Both the position numbers and the translations under genes were made by a program. This document shows, piece by piece, positions 40,201-54,400 of a stretch of 64,000 bases of DNA (the stretch's first letter is position 1; every line of letters begins with the position of its first letter). The stretch comes from Eledone cirrhosa (Eukaryota): positions 30,566,001 to 30,630,000 of the forward strand of contig OZ024762.1 of assembly GCA_964016885.1 (NCBI GenBank), in the 5' to 3' direction. The notes under the pieces were generated by a model that worked only from the letters and a program-made list of their open reading frames with translations, had not been told where the DNA came from and made no database searches.

Positions 40201-43200
40201 GAAGTCACTCCACTGTTGGTGAGAATTCATTTAAGTTCATGGTATTAGCTGTCAGAAGTAACTCCACTGTTGGTGAGAATTCATTTAAGTTCATGGTATT
40301 AGCTGTCAGAAGTAACTCCACTGTTGGTGAGAATTCATTTAAGTTCATGGTATTAGCTGTCAGAAGTAACTCCACTGTTGGTGAGAATTCATTTAAGTTC
40401 ATGGTACTAGCTGTCAGAAGTAACTCCACTGTTGGTGAGAATTCATTTAAGTTCATGGTATTAGATGTCAGAAGTAACTCCACTGTTGGTGAGAATTCAT
40501 TTAAGTTCATGGTACTAGCTGTCAGAAGTAACTCCACTGTTGGTGAGAATTCATTTAAGTTCATGGTATTAGTTGTCAGAAGTAACTCCACTGTTGGTGA
40601 GAATTCATTTAAGTTCATGGTATTAGCTGTCAGAAGGAACTCCACTGTTGGTGAGAATTCATTTAAGTTCATGGTATTAGCTGTCAGAAGGAACTCCACT
40701 GCTGGTGAGAATTCATTTAAGTTCATGGTATTAGCTGTCAGAAGTAACTCCAATGTTGGTGAGAATTCATTTAAGTTCATGGTATTAGCTGTCAGAAGTA
40801 ACTCCACTGTTGGTGAGAATTCATTTAAGTTCATGGTATTAGCTGTCAGAAGTAACTCCACTGTTGGTGAGAATTCAATTAAGTTCATGGTACTAGCTGT
40901 CAGAAGTAACTCCACTGTTGGTGAGAATTCATTTAAGTTCATGGTACTAGCTGTCAGAAGTAACCCCAATGTTGGTGAGAATTCATTTAAGTTCATGGTA
41001 TTAGCTGTCAGAAGTCACTCCACTGTTGGTGAGAATTCATTTAAGTTCATGGTATTAGCTGTCAGAAGTAACTCCACTGTTGGTGAGAATTCATTTAAGT
41101 TCATGGTATTAGCTATCAGAAGTAACTCCACTGTTGGTGAGAATTCATTTAAGTTCATGGTATTAGCTGTCAGAAGTAACTCCACTGTTGGTGAGAATTC
41201 ATTTAAATTCATGGTACTAGCTGTCAGAAGTAACTCCACTGTTGGTGAGAATTCATTTAAGTTCATGGTATTAGCTGTCAGAAGTAACTCCACTGTTGGT
41301 GAGAATTCATTTAAGTCATGGTATTAGCTGTCAGAAGTAACTCCATTGTTGGTGAGAATTCATTTAAGTCATGGTACTAGCTGTCATAAGTAACTCCACT
41401 GTTGGTGAGAATTCATTTAAGTTCATGGTACTAGCTGTCAGAAGTAACTCCACTGTTGGTGAGAATTCATTTAAGTTCATGGTACTAGCTGTCAGAAGTA
41501 ACTCCACTGTTGGTGAGAATTCATTTAAGTTCATGGTACTAGCTGTCAGAAGTAACTCCAATGTTGGTGAGAATTCATTTACGTCATGGTACTAGCTGTC
41601 AGAAGTAACTCCACTGTTGGTGAGAATTCATTTAAGTTCATGGTACTAGCTGTCAGAAGTAACTCCACTGTTGGTGAGAATTCATTTAAGTTCATGGTAC
41701 TAGCTGTCAGAAGTAACCCCAATGTTGGTGAGAATTCATTTAAGTTCATGGTATTAGCTGTCAGAAGTCACTCCACTGTTGGTGAGAATTCATTTAAGTT
41801 CATGGTATTAGCTGTCAGAAGTAACTCCACTGTTGGTGAGAATTCATTTAAGTTCATGGTATTAGCTGTCAGAAGTAACTCCACTGTTGGTGAGAATTCA
41901 TTTAAGTTCATGGTATTAGCTGTCAGAAGTAACTCCACTGTTGGTGAGAATTCATTTAAGTTCATGGTACTAGCTGTCAGAAATAACTCCACTGTTGGTG
42001 AGAATTCATTTAAGTTCATGGTATTAGATGTCAGAAGTAACTCCACTGTTGGTGAGAATTCATTTAAGTTCATGGTACTAGCTGTCAGAAGTAACTCCAC
42101 TGTTGGTGAGAATTCATTTAAGTTCATGGTATTAGTTGTCAGAAGTAACTCCACTGTTGGTGAGAATTCATTTAAGTTCATGGTATTAGCTGTCAGAAGG
42201 AACTCCACTGTTGGTGAGAATTCATTTAAGTTCATGGTATTAGCTGTCAGAAATAACTCCACTGTTGGTGAGAATTCATTTAAGTTCATGGTATTAGCTG
42301 TCAGAAGTAACTCCACTGTTGGTGAGAATTCATTTAAGTTCATGGTATTAGCTGTCAGAAGTAACTCCACTGTTGGTGAGAATTCATTTAAGTTCATGGT
42401 ACTAGCTGTCAGAAATAACTCCACTGTTGGTGAGAATTCATTTAAGTTCATGGTATTAGATGTCAGAAGTAACTCCACTGTTGGTGAGAATTCATTTAAG
42501 TTCATGGTACTAGCTGTCAGAAGTAACTCCACTGTTGGTGAGAATTCATTTAAGTTCATGGTATTAGTTGTCAGAAGTAACTCCACTGTTGGTGAGAATT
42601 CATTTAAGTTCATGGTATTAGCTGTCAGAAGTAACTCCAATGTTGGTGAGAATTCATTTAAGTTCATGGTATTAGCTGTCAGAAGTAACTCCACTGTTGG
42701 TGAGAATTCATTTAAGTTCATGGTACTAGCTGTCAGAAGTAACCCCAATGTTGGTGAGAATTCATTTAAGTTCATGGTACTAGCTGTCAGAAGTAACCCC
42801 AATGTTGGTGAGAATTCATTTAAGTTCATGGTATTAGCTGTCAGAAGTCACTCCACTGTTGGTGAGAATTCATTTAAGTTCATGGTATTAGCTGTCAGAA
42901 GTAACTCCACTGTTGGTGAGAATTCATTTACGTTCATGGTATTAGCTGTCAGAAGTAACCCCAATGTTGGTGAGAATTCATTTAAGTTCATGGTATTAGC
43001 TGTCAGAAGTAACTCCACTGTTGGTGAGAATTCATTTAAGTTCATGGTACTAGCTGTCAGAAGTAACTCCACTGTTGGTGAGAATTCATTTAAGTTCATG
43101 GTATTAGATGTCAGAAGTAACTCCACTGTTGGTGAGAATTCATTTAAGTTCATGGTACTAGCTGTCAGAAGTAACTCCACTGTTGGTGAGAATTCATTTA

Positions 43201-46200
43201 AGTTCATGGTATTAGTTGTCAGAAGTAACTCCACTGTTGGTGAGAATTCATTTAAGTTCATGGTATTAGCTGTCAGAAGGAACTCCACTGTTGGTGAGAA
43301 TTCATTTAAGTTCATGGTATTAGCTGTCAGAAGGAACTCCACTGCTGGTGAGAATTCATTTAAGTTCATGGTATTAGCTGTCAGAAGTAACTCCAATGTT
43401 GGTGAGAATTCATTTAAGTTCATGGTATTAGCTGTCAGAAGTAACTCCACTGTTGGTGAGAATTCATTTAAGTTCATGGTATTAGCTGTCAGAAGTAACT
43501 CCACTGTTGGTGAGAATTCAATTAAGTTCATGGTACTAGCTGTCAGAAGTAACTCCACTGTTGGTGAGAATTCATTTAAGTTCATGGTACTAGCTGTCAG
43601 AAGTAACCCCAATGTTGGTGAGAATTCATTTAAGTTCATGGTATTAGCTGTCAGAAGTAACTCCACTGTTGGTAAGAATTCAATTAAGTTCATGGTACTA
43701 GCTGTCAGAAGTAACTCCAATGTTGGTGAGAATTCATTTAAGTTCATGGTATTAGCTATCAGAAGTAACTCCACTGTTGGTGAGAATTCATTTAAGTTCA
43801 TGGTATTAGCTGTCAGAAGTAACTCCACTGTTGGTGAGAATTCATTTAAATTCATGGTACTAGCTGTCAGAAGTAACTCCACTGTTGGTGAGAATTCATT
43901 TAAGTTCATGGTATTAGCTGTCAGAAGTAACTCCACTGTTGGTGAGAATTCATTTAAGTCATGGTATTAGCTGTCAGAAGTAACTCCATTGTTGGTGAGA
44001 ATTCATTTAAGTCATGGTACTAGCTGTCAGAAGTAACTCCACTGTTGGTGAGAATTCATTTAAGTTCATGGTACTAGCTGTCAGAAGTAACTCCACTGTT
44101 GGTGAGAATTCATTTAAGTTCATGGTACTAGCTGTCAGAAGTAACTCCACTGTTGGTGAGAATTCATTTAAGTTCATGGTACTAGCTGTCAGAAGTAACT
44201 CCAATGTTGGTGAGAATTCATTTACGTCATGGTACTAGCTGTCAGAAGTAACTCCACTGTTGGTGAGAATTCATTTAAGTTCATGGTACTAGCTGTCAGA
44301 AGTAACTCCACTGTTGGTGAGAATTCATTTAAGTTCATGGTATTAGTTGTCAGAAGTAACTCCACTGTTGGTGAGAATTCATTTAAGTTCATGGTATTAG
44401 CTGTCAGAAGGAACTCCACTGTTGGTGAGAATTCATTTAAGTTCATGGTATTAGCTGTCAGAAGGAACTCCACTGCTGGTGAGAATTCATTTAAGTTCAT
44501 GGTATTAGCTGTCAGAAGTAACTCCAATGTTGGTGAGAATTCATTTAAGTTCATGGTATTAGCTGTCAGAAGTAACTCCACTGTTGGTGAGAATTCATTT
44601 AAGTTCATGGTATTAGCTGTCAGAAGTAACTCCACTGTTGGTGAGAATTCAATTAAGTTCATGGTACTAGCTGTCAGAAGTAACTCCACTGTTGGTGAGA
44701 ATTCATTTAAGTTCATGGTACTAGCTGTCAGAAGTAACCCCAATGTTGGTGAGAATTCATTTAAGTTCATGGTATTAGCTGTCAGAAGTCACTCCACTGT
44801 TGGTGAGAATTCATTTAAGTTCATGGTATTAGCTGTCAGAAGTAACTCCACTGTTGGTGAGAATTCATTTAAGTCATGGTATTAGCTGTCAGAAGTAACT
44901 CCATTGTTGGTGAGAATTCATTTAAGTCATGGTACTAGCTGTCAGAAGTAACTCCACTGTTGGTGAGAATTCATTTAAGTTCATGGTACTAGCTGTCAGA
45001 AGTAACTCCACTGTTGGTGAGAATTCATTTAAGTTCATGGTACTAGCTGTCAGAAGTAACTCCACTGTTGGTGAGAATTCATTTAAGTTCATGGTACTAG
45101 CTGTCAGAAGTAACTCCAATGTTGGTGAGAATTCATTTACGTCATGGTACTAGCTGTCAGAAGTAACTCCACTGTTGGTGAGAATTCATTTAAGTTCATG
45201 GTACTAGCTGTCAGAAGTAACTCCACTGTTGGTGAGAATTCATTTAAGTTCATGGTACTAGCTGTCAGAAGTAACCCCAATGTTGGTGAGAATTCATTTA
45301 AGTTCATGGTATTAGCTGTCAGAAGTCACTCCACTGTTGGTGAGAATTCATTTAAGTTCATGGTATTAGCTGTCAGAAGTAACTCCACTGTTGGTAAGAA
45401 TTCAATTAAGTTCATGGTACTAGCTGTCAGAAGTAACTCCACTGTTGGTGAGAATTCATTTAAGTTCATGGTACTAGCTGTCAGAAGTAACCCCAATGTT
45501 GGTGAGAATTCATTTAAGTTCATGGTATTAGCTGTCAGAAGTAACTCCACTGTTGGTGAGAATTCATTTAAGTTCATGGTATTAGCTGTCAGAAGTAACT
45601 CCACTGTTGGTGAGAATTCATTTAAGTTCATGGTACTAGCTGTCAGAAGTAACTCCACTGTTGGTGAGAATTCATTTAAGTTCATGGTATTAGATGTCAG
45701 AAGTAACTCCACTGTTGGTGAGAATTCATTTAAGTTCATGGTACTAGCTGTCAGAAGTAACTCCACTGTTGGTGAGAATTCATTTAAGTTCATGGTATTA
45801 GTTGTCAGAAGTAACTCCACTGTTGGTGAGAATTCATTTAAGTTCATGGTATTAGCTGTCAGAAGGAACTCCACTGTTGGTGAGAATTCATTTAAGTTCA
45901 TGGTATTAGCTGTCAGAAGGAACTCCACTGCTGGTGAGAATTCATTTAAGTTCATGGTATTAGCTGTCAGAAGTAACTCCAATGTTGGTGAGAATTCATT
46001 TAAGTTCATGGTATTAGCTGTCAGAAGTAACTCCACTGTTGGTGAGAATTCATTTAAGTTCATGGTATTAGCTGTCAGAAGTAACTCCACTGTTGGTGAG
46101 AATTCAATTAAGTTCATGGTACTAGCTGTCAGAAGTAACTCCACTGTTGGTGAGAATTCATTTAAGTTCATGGTACTAGCTGTCAGAAGTAACCCCAATG

Positions 46201-49200
46201 TTGGTGAGAATTCATTTAAGTTCATGGTATTAGCTGTCAGAAGTCACTCCACTGTTGGTGAGAATTCATTTAAGTTCATGGTATTAGCTGTCAGAAGTAA
46301 CTCCACTGTTGGTGAGAATTCATTTAAGTTCATGGTATTAGCTATCAGAAGTAACTCCACTGTTGGTGAGAATTCATTTAAGTTCATGGTATTAGCTGTC
46401 AGAAGTAACTACACTGTTGGTGAGAATTCATTTAAATTCATGGTACTAGCTGTCAGAAGTAACTCCACTGTTGGTGAGAATTCATTTAAGTTCATGGTAT
46501 TAGCTGTCAGAAGTAACTCCACTGTTGGTGAGAATTCATTTAAGTCATGGTATTAGCTGTCAGAAGTAACTCCATTGTTGGTGAGAATTCATTTAAGTCA
46601 TGGTACTAGCTGTCAGAAGTAACTCCACTGTTGGTGAGAATTCATTTAAGTTCATGGTACTAGCTGTCAGAAGTAACTCCACTGTTGGTGAGAATTCATT
46701 TAAGTTCATGGTACTAGCTGTCAGAAGTAACTCCACTGTTGGTGAGAATTCATTTAAGTTCATGGTACTAGCTGTCAGAAGTAACTCCAATGTTGGTGAG
46801 AATTCATTTACGTCATGGTACTAGCTGTCAGAAGTAACTCCACTGTTGGTGAGAATTCATTTAAGTTCATGGTACTAGCTGTCAGAAGTAACTCCACTGT
46901 TGGTGAGAATTCATTTAAGTTCATGGTACTAGCTGTCAGAAGTAACCCCAATGTTGGTGAGAATTCATTTAAGTTCATGGTATTAGCTGTCAGAAGTCAC
47001 TCCACTGTTGGTGAGAATTCATTTAAGTTCATGGTATTAGCTGTCAGAAGTAACTCCACTGTTGGTGAGAATTCATTTAAGTTCATGGTATTAGCTGTCA
47101 GAAGTAACTCCACTGTTGGTGAGAATTCATTTAAGTTCATGGTATTAGCTGTCAGAAGTAACTCCACTGTTGGTGAGAATTCATTTAAGTTCATGGTACT
47201 AGCTGTCAGAAGTAACTCCACTGTTGGTGAGAATTCATTTAAGTTCATGGTATTAGATGTCAGAAGTAACTCCACTGTTGGTGAGAATTCATTTAAGTTC
47301 ATGGTACTAGCTGTCAGAAGTAACTCCACTGTTGGTGAGAATTCATTTAAGTTCATGGTATTAGTTGTCAGAAGTAACTCCACTGTTGGTGAGAATTCAT
47401 TTAAGTTCATGGTATTAGCTGTCAGAAGGAACTCCACTGTTGGTGAGGATTCATTTAAGTTCATGGTATTAGCTGTCAGAAATAACTCCACTGTTGGTGA
47501 GAATTCATTTAAGTTCATGGTACTAGCTGTCAGACGTAACTCCACTGTTGGTGAGAATTCATTTAAGTTCATGGTACTAGCTGTCAGAAGGAACTCCACT
47601 GTTGGTGAGAATTCATTTAAGTTCATGGTATTAGCTGTCAGAAGGAACTCCACTGCTGGTGAGAATTCATTTAAGTTCATGGTATTAGCTGTCAGAAGTA
47701 ACTCCAATGTTGGTGAGAATTCATTTAAGTTCATGGTATTAGCTGTCAGAAGTAACTCCAGTGTTGGTGAGAATTCATTTAAGTTCATGGTATTAGCTGT
47801 CAGAAGTAACTCCACTGTTGGTAAGAATTCAATTAAGTTCATGGTACTAGCTGTCAGAAGTAACTCCACTGTTGGTGAGAATTCATTTAAGTTCATGGTA
47901 CTAGCTGTCAGAAGTAACCCCAATGTTGGTGAGAATTCATTTAAGTTCATGGTATTAGCTGTCAGAAGTCACTCCACTGTTGGTGAGAATTCATTTAAGT
48001 TCATGGTATTAGCTGTCAGAAGTAACTCCACTGTTGGTGAGAATTCATTTAAGTTCATGGTACTAGCTGTCAGAAGTAACTCCACTGTTGGTGAGAATTC
48101 ATTTAAGTTCATGGTATTAGCTGTCAGAAGTAACTCCACTGTTGGTGAGAATTCATTTAAGTCATGGTAATAGCTGTCAGAAGTAACTCCATTGTTGGTG
48201 AGAATTCATTTAAGTTCATGGTACTAGCTGTCAGAAGTCACTCCACTGTTGGTGAGAATTCATTTAAGTTCATGGTACTGGCTGTCAGAAGTAACTCCAC
48301 TGTTGGTGAGAATTCATTTAAGTTCATGGTACTAGCTGTCAGAAGTAACTCCACTGTTGGTGAGAATTCATTTAAGTTCATAGTACTAGCTGTCAGAAGT
48401 AACTCCAATGTTGGTGAGAATTCATTTACGTCATGGTACTAGCTGTCAGAAGTAACTCCACTGTTGGTGAGAATTCATTTAAGTTCATGGTACTAGCTGT
48501 CAGAAGTAACTCCAATGTTGGTGAGAATTCATTTAAGTTCATGGTATTAGCTGTCAGAAGTAACTCCACTGTTGGTGAGAATTCATTTAAGTTCATGGTA
48601 CTAGCTGTCAGAAGTAACTCCACTGTTGGTGAGAATTCATTTAAGTTCATGGTACTAGCTGTCAGAAGTAACCCCAATGTTGGTGAGAATTCATTTAAGT
48701 TCATGGTATTAGCTGTCAGAAGTCACTCCACTGTTGGTGAGAATTCATTTAAGTTCATGGTATTAGCTGTCAGAAGTAACTCCACTGTTGGTGAGAATTC
48801 ATTTAAGTTCATGGTATTAGCTGTCAGAAGTAACTCCACTGTTGGTGAGAATTCATTTAAGTTCATGGTATTAGCTGTCAGAAGTAACTCCACTGTTGGT
48901 GAGAATTCATTTAAGTTCATGGTACTAGCTGTCAGAAGTAACTCCACTGTTGGTGAGAATTCATTTAAGTTCATGGTATTAGATGTCAGAAGTAACTCCA
49001 CTGTTGGTGAGAATTCATTTAAGTTCATGGTACTAGCTGTCAGAAGTAACTCCACTGTTGGTGAGAATTCATTTAAGTTCATGGTATTAGTTGTCAGAAG
49101 TAACTCCACTGTTGGTGAGAATTCATTTAAGTTCATGGTATTAGCTGTCAGAAGGAACTCCACTGTTGGTGAGAATTCATTTAAGTTCATGGTATTAGCT

Positions 49201-52200
49201 GTCAGAAGTAACTCCACTGTTGGTGAGAATTCATTTAAGTTCATGGTACTAGCTGTCAGAAGTAATTCCACTGTTGGTGAGAATTCATTTAAGTTCATGG
49301 TATTAGCTGTCAGAAATAACTCCACTGTTGGTGAGAATTCATTTAAGTTCATGGTACTAGCTGTCAGACGTAACTCCACTGTTGGTGAGAATTCATTTAA
49401 GTTCATGGTACTAGCTGTCAGAAGTAACTCCACTGTTGGTGAGAATTCATTTAAGTTCATGGTACTAGCTGTCAGAAGTAACCCCAATGTTGGTGAGAAT
49501 TCATTTAAGTTCATGGTATTAGCTGTCAGAAGTCACTCCACTGTTGGTGAGAATTCATTTAAGTTCATGGTATTAGCTGTCAGAAGTAACTCCACTGTTG
49601 GTAAGAATTCAATTAAGTTCATGGTACTAGCTGTCAGAAGTAACTCCACTGTTGGTGAGAATTCATTTAAGTTCATGGTACTAGCTGTCAGAAGTAACCC
49701 CAATGTTGGTGAGAATTCATTTAAGTTCATGGTATTAGCTGTCAGAAGTAACTCCACTGTTGGTGAGAATTCATTTAAGTTCATGGTATTAGCTGTCAGA
49801 AGTAACTCCACTGTTGGTGAGAATTCATTTAAGTTCATGGTACTAGCTGTCAGAAGTAACTCCACTGTTGGTGAGAATTCATTTAAGTTCATGGTATTAG
49901 ATGTCAGAAGTAACTCCACTGTTGGTGAGAATTCATTTAAGTTCATGGTACTAGCTGTCAGAAGTAACTCCACTGTTGGTGAGAATTCATTTAAGTTCAT
50001 GGTATTAGTTGTCAGAAGTAACTCCACTGTTGGTGAGAATTCATTTAAGTTCATGGTATTAGCTGTCAGAAGGAACTCCACTGTTGGTGAGAATTCATTT
50101 AAGTTCATGGTATTAGCTGTCAGAAGGAACTCCACTGCTGGTGAGAATTCATTTAAGTTCATGGTATTAGCTGTCAGAAGTAACTCCAATGTTGGTGAGA
50201 ATTCATTTAAGTTCATGGTATTAGCTGTCAGAAGTAACTCCACTGTTGGTGAGAATTCATTTAAGTTCATGGTATTAGCTGTCAGAAGTAACTCCACTGT
50301 TGGTGAGAATTCAATTAAGTTCATGGTACTAGCTGTCAGAAGTAACTCCACTGTTGGTGAGAATTCATTTAAGTTCATGGTACTAGCTGTCAGAAGTAAC
50401 CCCAATGTTGGTGAGAATTCATTTAAGTTCATGGTATTAGCTGTCAGAAGTCACTCCACTGTTGGTGATAATTCATTTAAGTTCATGGTATTAGCTGTCA
50501 GAAGTAACTCCACTGTTGGTGAGAATTCATTTAAGTTCATGGTATTAGCTATCAGAAGTAACTCCACTGTTGGTGAGAATTCATTTAAGTTCATGGTATT
50601 AGCTGTCAGAAGTAACTCCACTGTTGGTGAGAATTCATTTAAATTCATGGTACTAGCTGTCAGAAGTAACTCCACTGTTGGTGAGAATTCATTTAAGTTC
50701 ATGGTATTAGCTGTCAGAAGTAACTCCACTGTTGGTGAGAATTCATTTAAGTCATGGTATTAGCTGTCAGAAGTAACTCCATTGTTGGTGAGAATTCATT
50801 TAAGTCATGGTACTAGCTGTCAGAAGTAACTCCACTGTTGGTGAGAATTCATTTAAGTTCATGGTACTAGCTGTCAGAAGTAACTCCACTGTTGGTGAGA
50901 ATTCATTTAAGTTCATGGTACTAGCTGTCAGAAGTAACTCCACTGTTGGTGAGAATTCATTTAAGTTCATGGTACTAGCTGTCAGAAGTAACTCCAATGT
51001 TGGTGAGAATTCATTTACGTCATGGTACTAGCTGTCAGAAGTAACTCCACTGTTGGTGAGAATTCATTTAAGTTCATGGTACTAGCTGTCAGAAGTAACT
51101 CCACTGTTGGTGAGAATTCATTTAAGTTCATGGTACTAGCTGTCAGAAGTAACCCCAATGTTGGTGAGAATTCATTTAAGTTCATGGTATTAGCTGTCAG
51201 AAGTCACTCCACTGTTGGTGAGAATTCATTTAAGTTCATGGTATTAGCTGTCAGAAGTAACTCCACTGTTGGTGAGAATTCATTTAAGTTCATGGTATTA
51301 GCTGTCAAAAGTAACTCCACTGTTGGTGAGAATTCATTTAAGTTCATGGTATTAGCTGTCAGAAGTAACTCCACTGTTGGTGAGAATTCATTTAAGTTCA
51401 TGGTACTAGCTGTCAGAAGTAACTCCACTGTTGGTGAGAATTCATTTAAGTTCATGGTATTAGATGTCAGAAGTAACTCCACTGTTGGTGAGAATTCATT
51501 TAAGTTCATGGTACTAGCTGTCAGAAGTAACTCCACTGTTGGTGAGAATTCATTTAAGTTCATGGTATTAGTTGTCAGAAGTAACTCCACTGTTGGTGAG
51601 AATTCATTTAAGTTCATGGTATTAGCTGTCAGAAGGAACTCCACTGTTGGTGAGAATTCATTTAAGTTCATGGTATTAGCTGTCAGAAATAACTCCACTG
51701 TTGGTGAGAATTCATTTAAGTTCATGGTACTAGCTGTCAGACGTAACTCCACTGTTGGTGAGAATTCATTTAAGTTCATGGTACTAGCTGTCAGAAGGAA
51801 CTCCACTGTTGGTGAGAATTCATTTAAGTTCATGGTATTAGCTGTCAGAAGGAACTCCACTGCTGGTGAGAATTCATTTAAGTTCATGGTATTAGCTGTC
51901 AGAAGTAACTCCAATGTTGGTGAGAATTCATTTAAGTTCATGGTATTAGCTGTCAGAAGTAACTCCAGTGTTGGTGAGAATTCATTTAAGTTCATGGTAT
52001 TAGCTGTCAGAAGTAACTCCACTGTTGGTAAGAATTCAATTAAGTTCATGGTACTAGCTGTCAGAAGTAACTCCACTGTTGGTGAGAATTCATTTAAGTT
52101 CATGGTACTAGCTGTCAGAAGTAACCCCAATGTTGGTGAGAATTCATTTAAGTTCATGGTATTAGCTGTCAGAAGTCACTCCACTGTTGGTGAGAATTCA

Positions 52201-54400
52201 TTTAAGTTCATGGTATTAGCTGTCAGAAGTAACTCCACTGTTGGTGAGAATTCATTTAAGTTCATGGTACTAGCTGTCAGAAGTAACTCCACTGTTGGTG
52301 AGAATTCATTTAAGTTCATGGTATTAGCTGTCAGAAGTAACTCCACTGTTGGTGAGAATTCATTTAAGTCATGGTAATAGCTGTCAGAAGTAACTCCATT
52401 GTTGGTGAGAATTCATTTAAGTTCATGGTACTAGCTGTCAGAAGTCACTCCACTGTTGGTGAGAATTCATTTAAGTTCATGGTACTGGCTGTCAGAAGTA
52501 ACTCCACTGTTGGTGAGAATTCATTTAAGTTCATGGTACTAGCTGTCAGAAGTAACTCCACTGTTGGTGAGAATTCATTTAAGTTCATAGTACTAGCTGT
52601 CAGAAGTAACTCCAATGTTGGTGAGAATTCATTTACGTCATGGTACTAGCTGTCAGAAGTAACTCCACTGTTGGTGAGAATTCATTTAAGTTCATGGTAC
52701 TAGCTGTCAGAAGTAACTCCAATGTTGGTGAGAATTCATTTAAGTTCATGGTATTAGCTGTCAGAAGTAACTCCACTGTTGGTGAGAATTCATTTAAGTT
52801 CATGGTACTAGCTGTCAGAAGTAATTCCACTGTTGGTGAGAATTCATTTAAGTTCATGGTATTAGCTGTCAGAAGTAACTCCACTGTTGGTGAGAATTCA
52901 TTTAAGTTCATGGTACTAGCTGTCAGAAGTAATTCCACTGTTGGTGAGAATTCATTTAAGTTCATGGTATTAGCTGTCAGAAATAACTCCACTGTTGGTG
53001 AGAATTCATTTAAGTTCATGGTACTAGCTGTCAGACGTAACTCCACTGTTGGTGAGAATTCATTTAAGTTCATGGTACTAGCTGTCAGAAGGAACTCCAC
53101 TGTTGGTGAGAATTCATTTAAGTTCATGGTATTAGCTGTCAGAAGGAACTCCACTGCTGGTGAGAATTCATTTAAGTTCATGGTATTAGCTGTCAGAAGT
53201 AACTCCAATGTTGGTGAGAATTCATTTAAGTTCATGGTATTAGCTGTCAGAAGTAACTCCACTGTTGGTGAGAATTCATTTAAGTTCATGGTACTAGCTG
53301 TCAGAAGTAACTCCACTGTTGGTGAGAATTCATTTAAGTTCATGGTACTAGCTGTCAGAAGTAACCCCAATGTTGGTGAGAATTCATTTAAGTTCATGGT
53401 ATTAGCTGTCAGAAGTCACTCCACTGTTGGTGAGAATTCATTTAAGTTCATGGTATTAGCTGTCAGAAGTAACTCCACTGTTGGTGAGATTTCATTTAAG
53501 TTCATGGTATTAGCTGTCAGAAGTAACTCCACTGTTGGTGAGAATTCATTTAAGTTCATGGTACTAGCTGTCAGAAGTAACTCCACTGTTGGTGAGAATT
53601 CATTTAAGTTCATGGTATTAGATGTCAGAAGTAACTCCACTGTTGGTGAGAATTCATTTAAGTTCATGGTACTAGCTGTCAGAAGTAACTCCACTGTTGG
53701 TGAGAATTCATTTAAGTTCATGGTATTAGTTGTCAGAAGTAACTCCACTGTTGGTGAGAATTCATTTAAGTTCATGGTATTAGCTGTCAGAAGGAACTCC
53801 ACTTTTGGTGAGAATTCATTTAAGTTCATGGTATTAGCTGTCAGAAATAACTCCACTGTTGGTGAGAATTCATTTAAGTTCATGGTACTAGCTGTCGGAC
53901 GTAACTCCACTGTTGGGGAGAATTCATTTAAGTTCATGGTACTAGCTGTCAGAAGTAACTCCACTGTTGGTGAGAATTCATTTAAGTTCATGGTACTAGC
54001 TGTCAGAAGTAACCCCAATGTTGGTGAGAATTCATTTAAGTTCATGGTATTAGCTGTCAGAAGTCACTCCACTGTTGGTGAGAATTCATTTAAGTTCATG
54101 GTATTAGCTGTCAGAAGTAACTCCACTGTTGGTGAGAATTCATTTAAGTTCATGGTATTAGCTGTCAGAAGTAACTCCACTGTTGGTGAGAATTCATTTA
54201 AGTTCATGGTATTAGCTGTCAGAAGTAACTCCACTGTTGGTGAGAATTCATTTAAGTTCATGGTACTAGCTTTCAGAAGTAACTCCACTGTTGGTGAGAA
54301 TTCATTTAAGTTCATGGTATTAGCTGTCAGAAGTAACTCCACTGTTGGTGAGAATTCATTTAAGTCATGGTATTAGCTGTCAGAAGTAACTCCATTGTTG
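28201..54400. repeat. Satellite sub-domain C (long runs of intact 54-mers, variable-length HOR of ~33 monomers and derivatives)
   Basis: Marker variants: TTAGATGTC followed two monomers later by TTAGTTGTC (18 occurrences counted, 28864-53620), TTCAATTAAG, TTTACGTCATGG, GCTATC and GGTAAGAAT. Few 53-bp units are present, so in-phase runs reach 2.5 kb. Confidence 0.8.
45200..52800. repeat. Direct duplication of ~3.4 kb at 4,207-bp (78-monomer) offset
   Basis: ORF pairs 45326/49533, 46600/50807, 46815/51022, 48164/52371 and 48433/52640 all have offset 4207. Shared private variants are CCAGTG, GGTAATAG, ACTGGCT and TTCATAGT. Confidence 0.9.
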
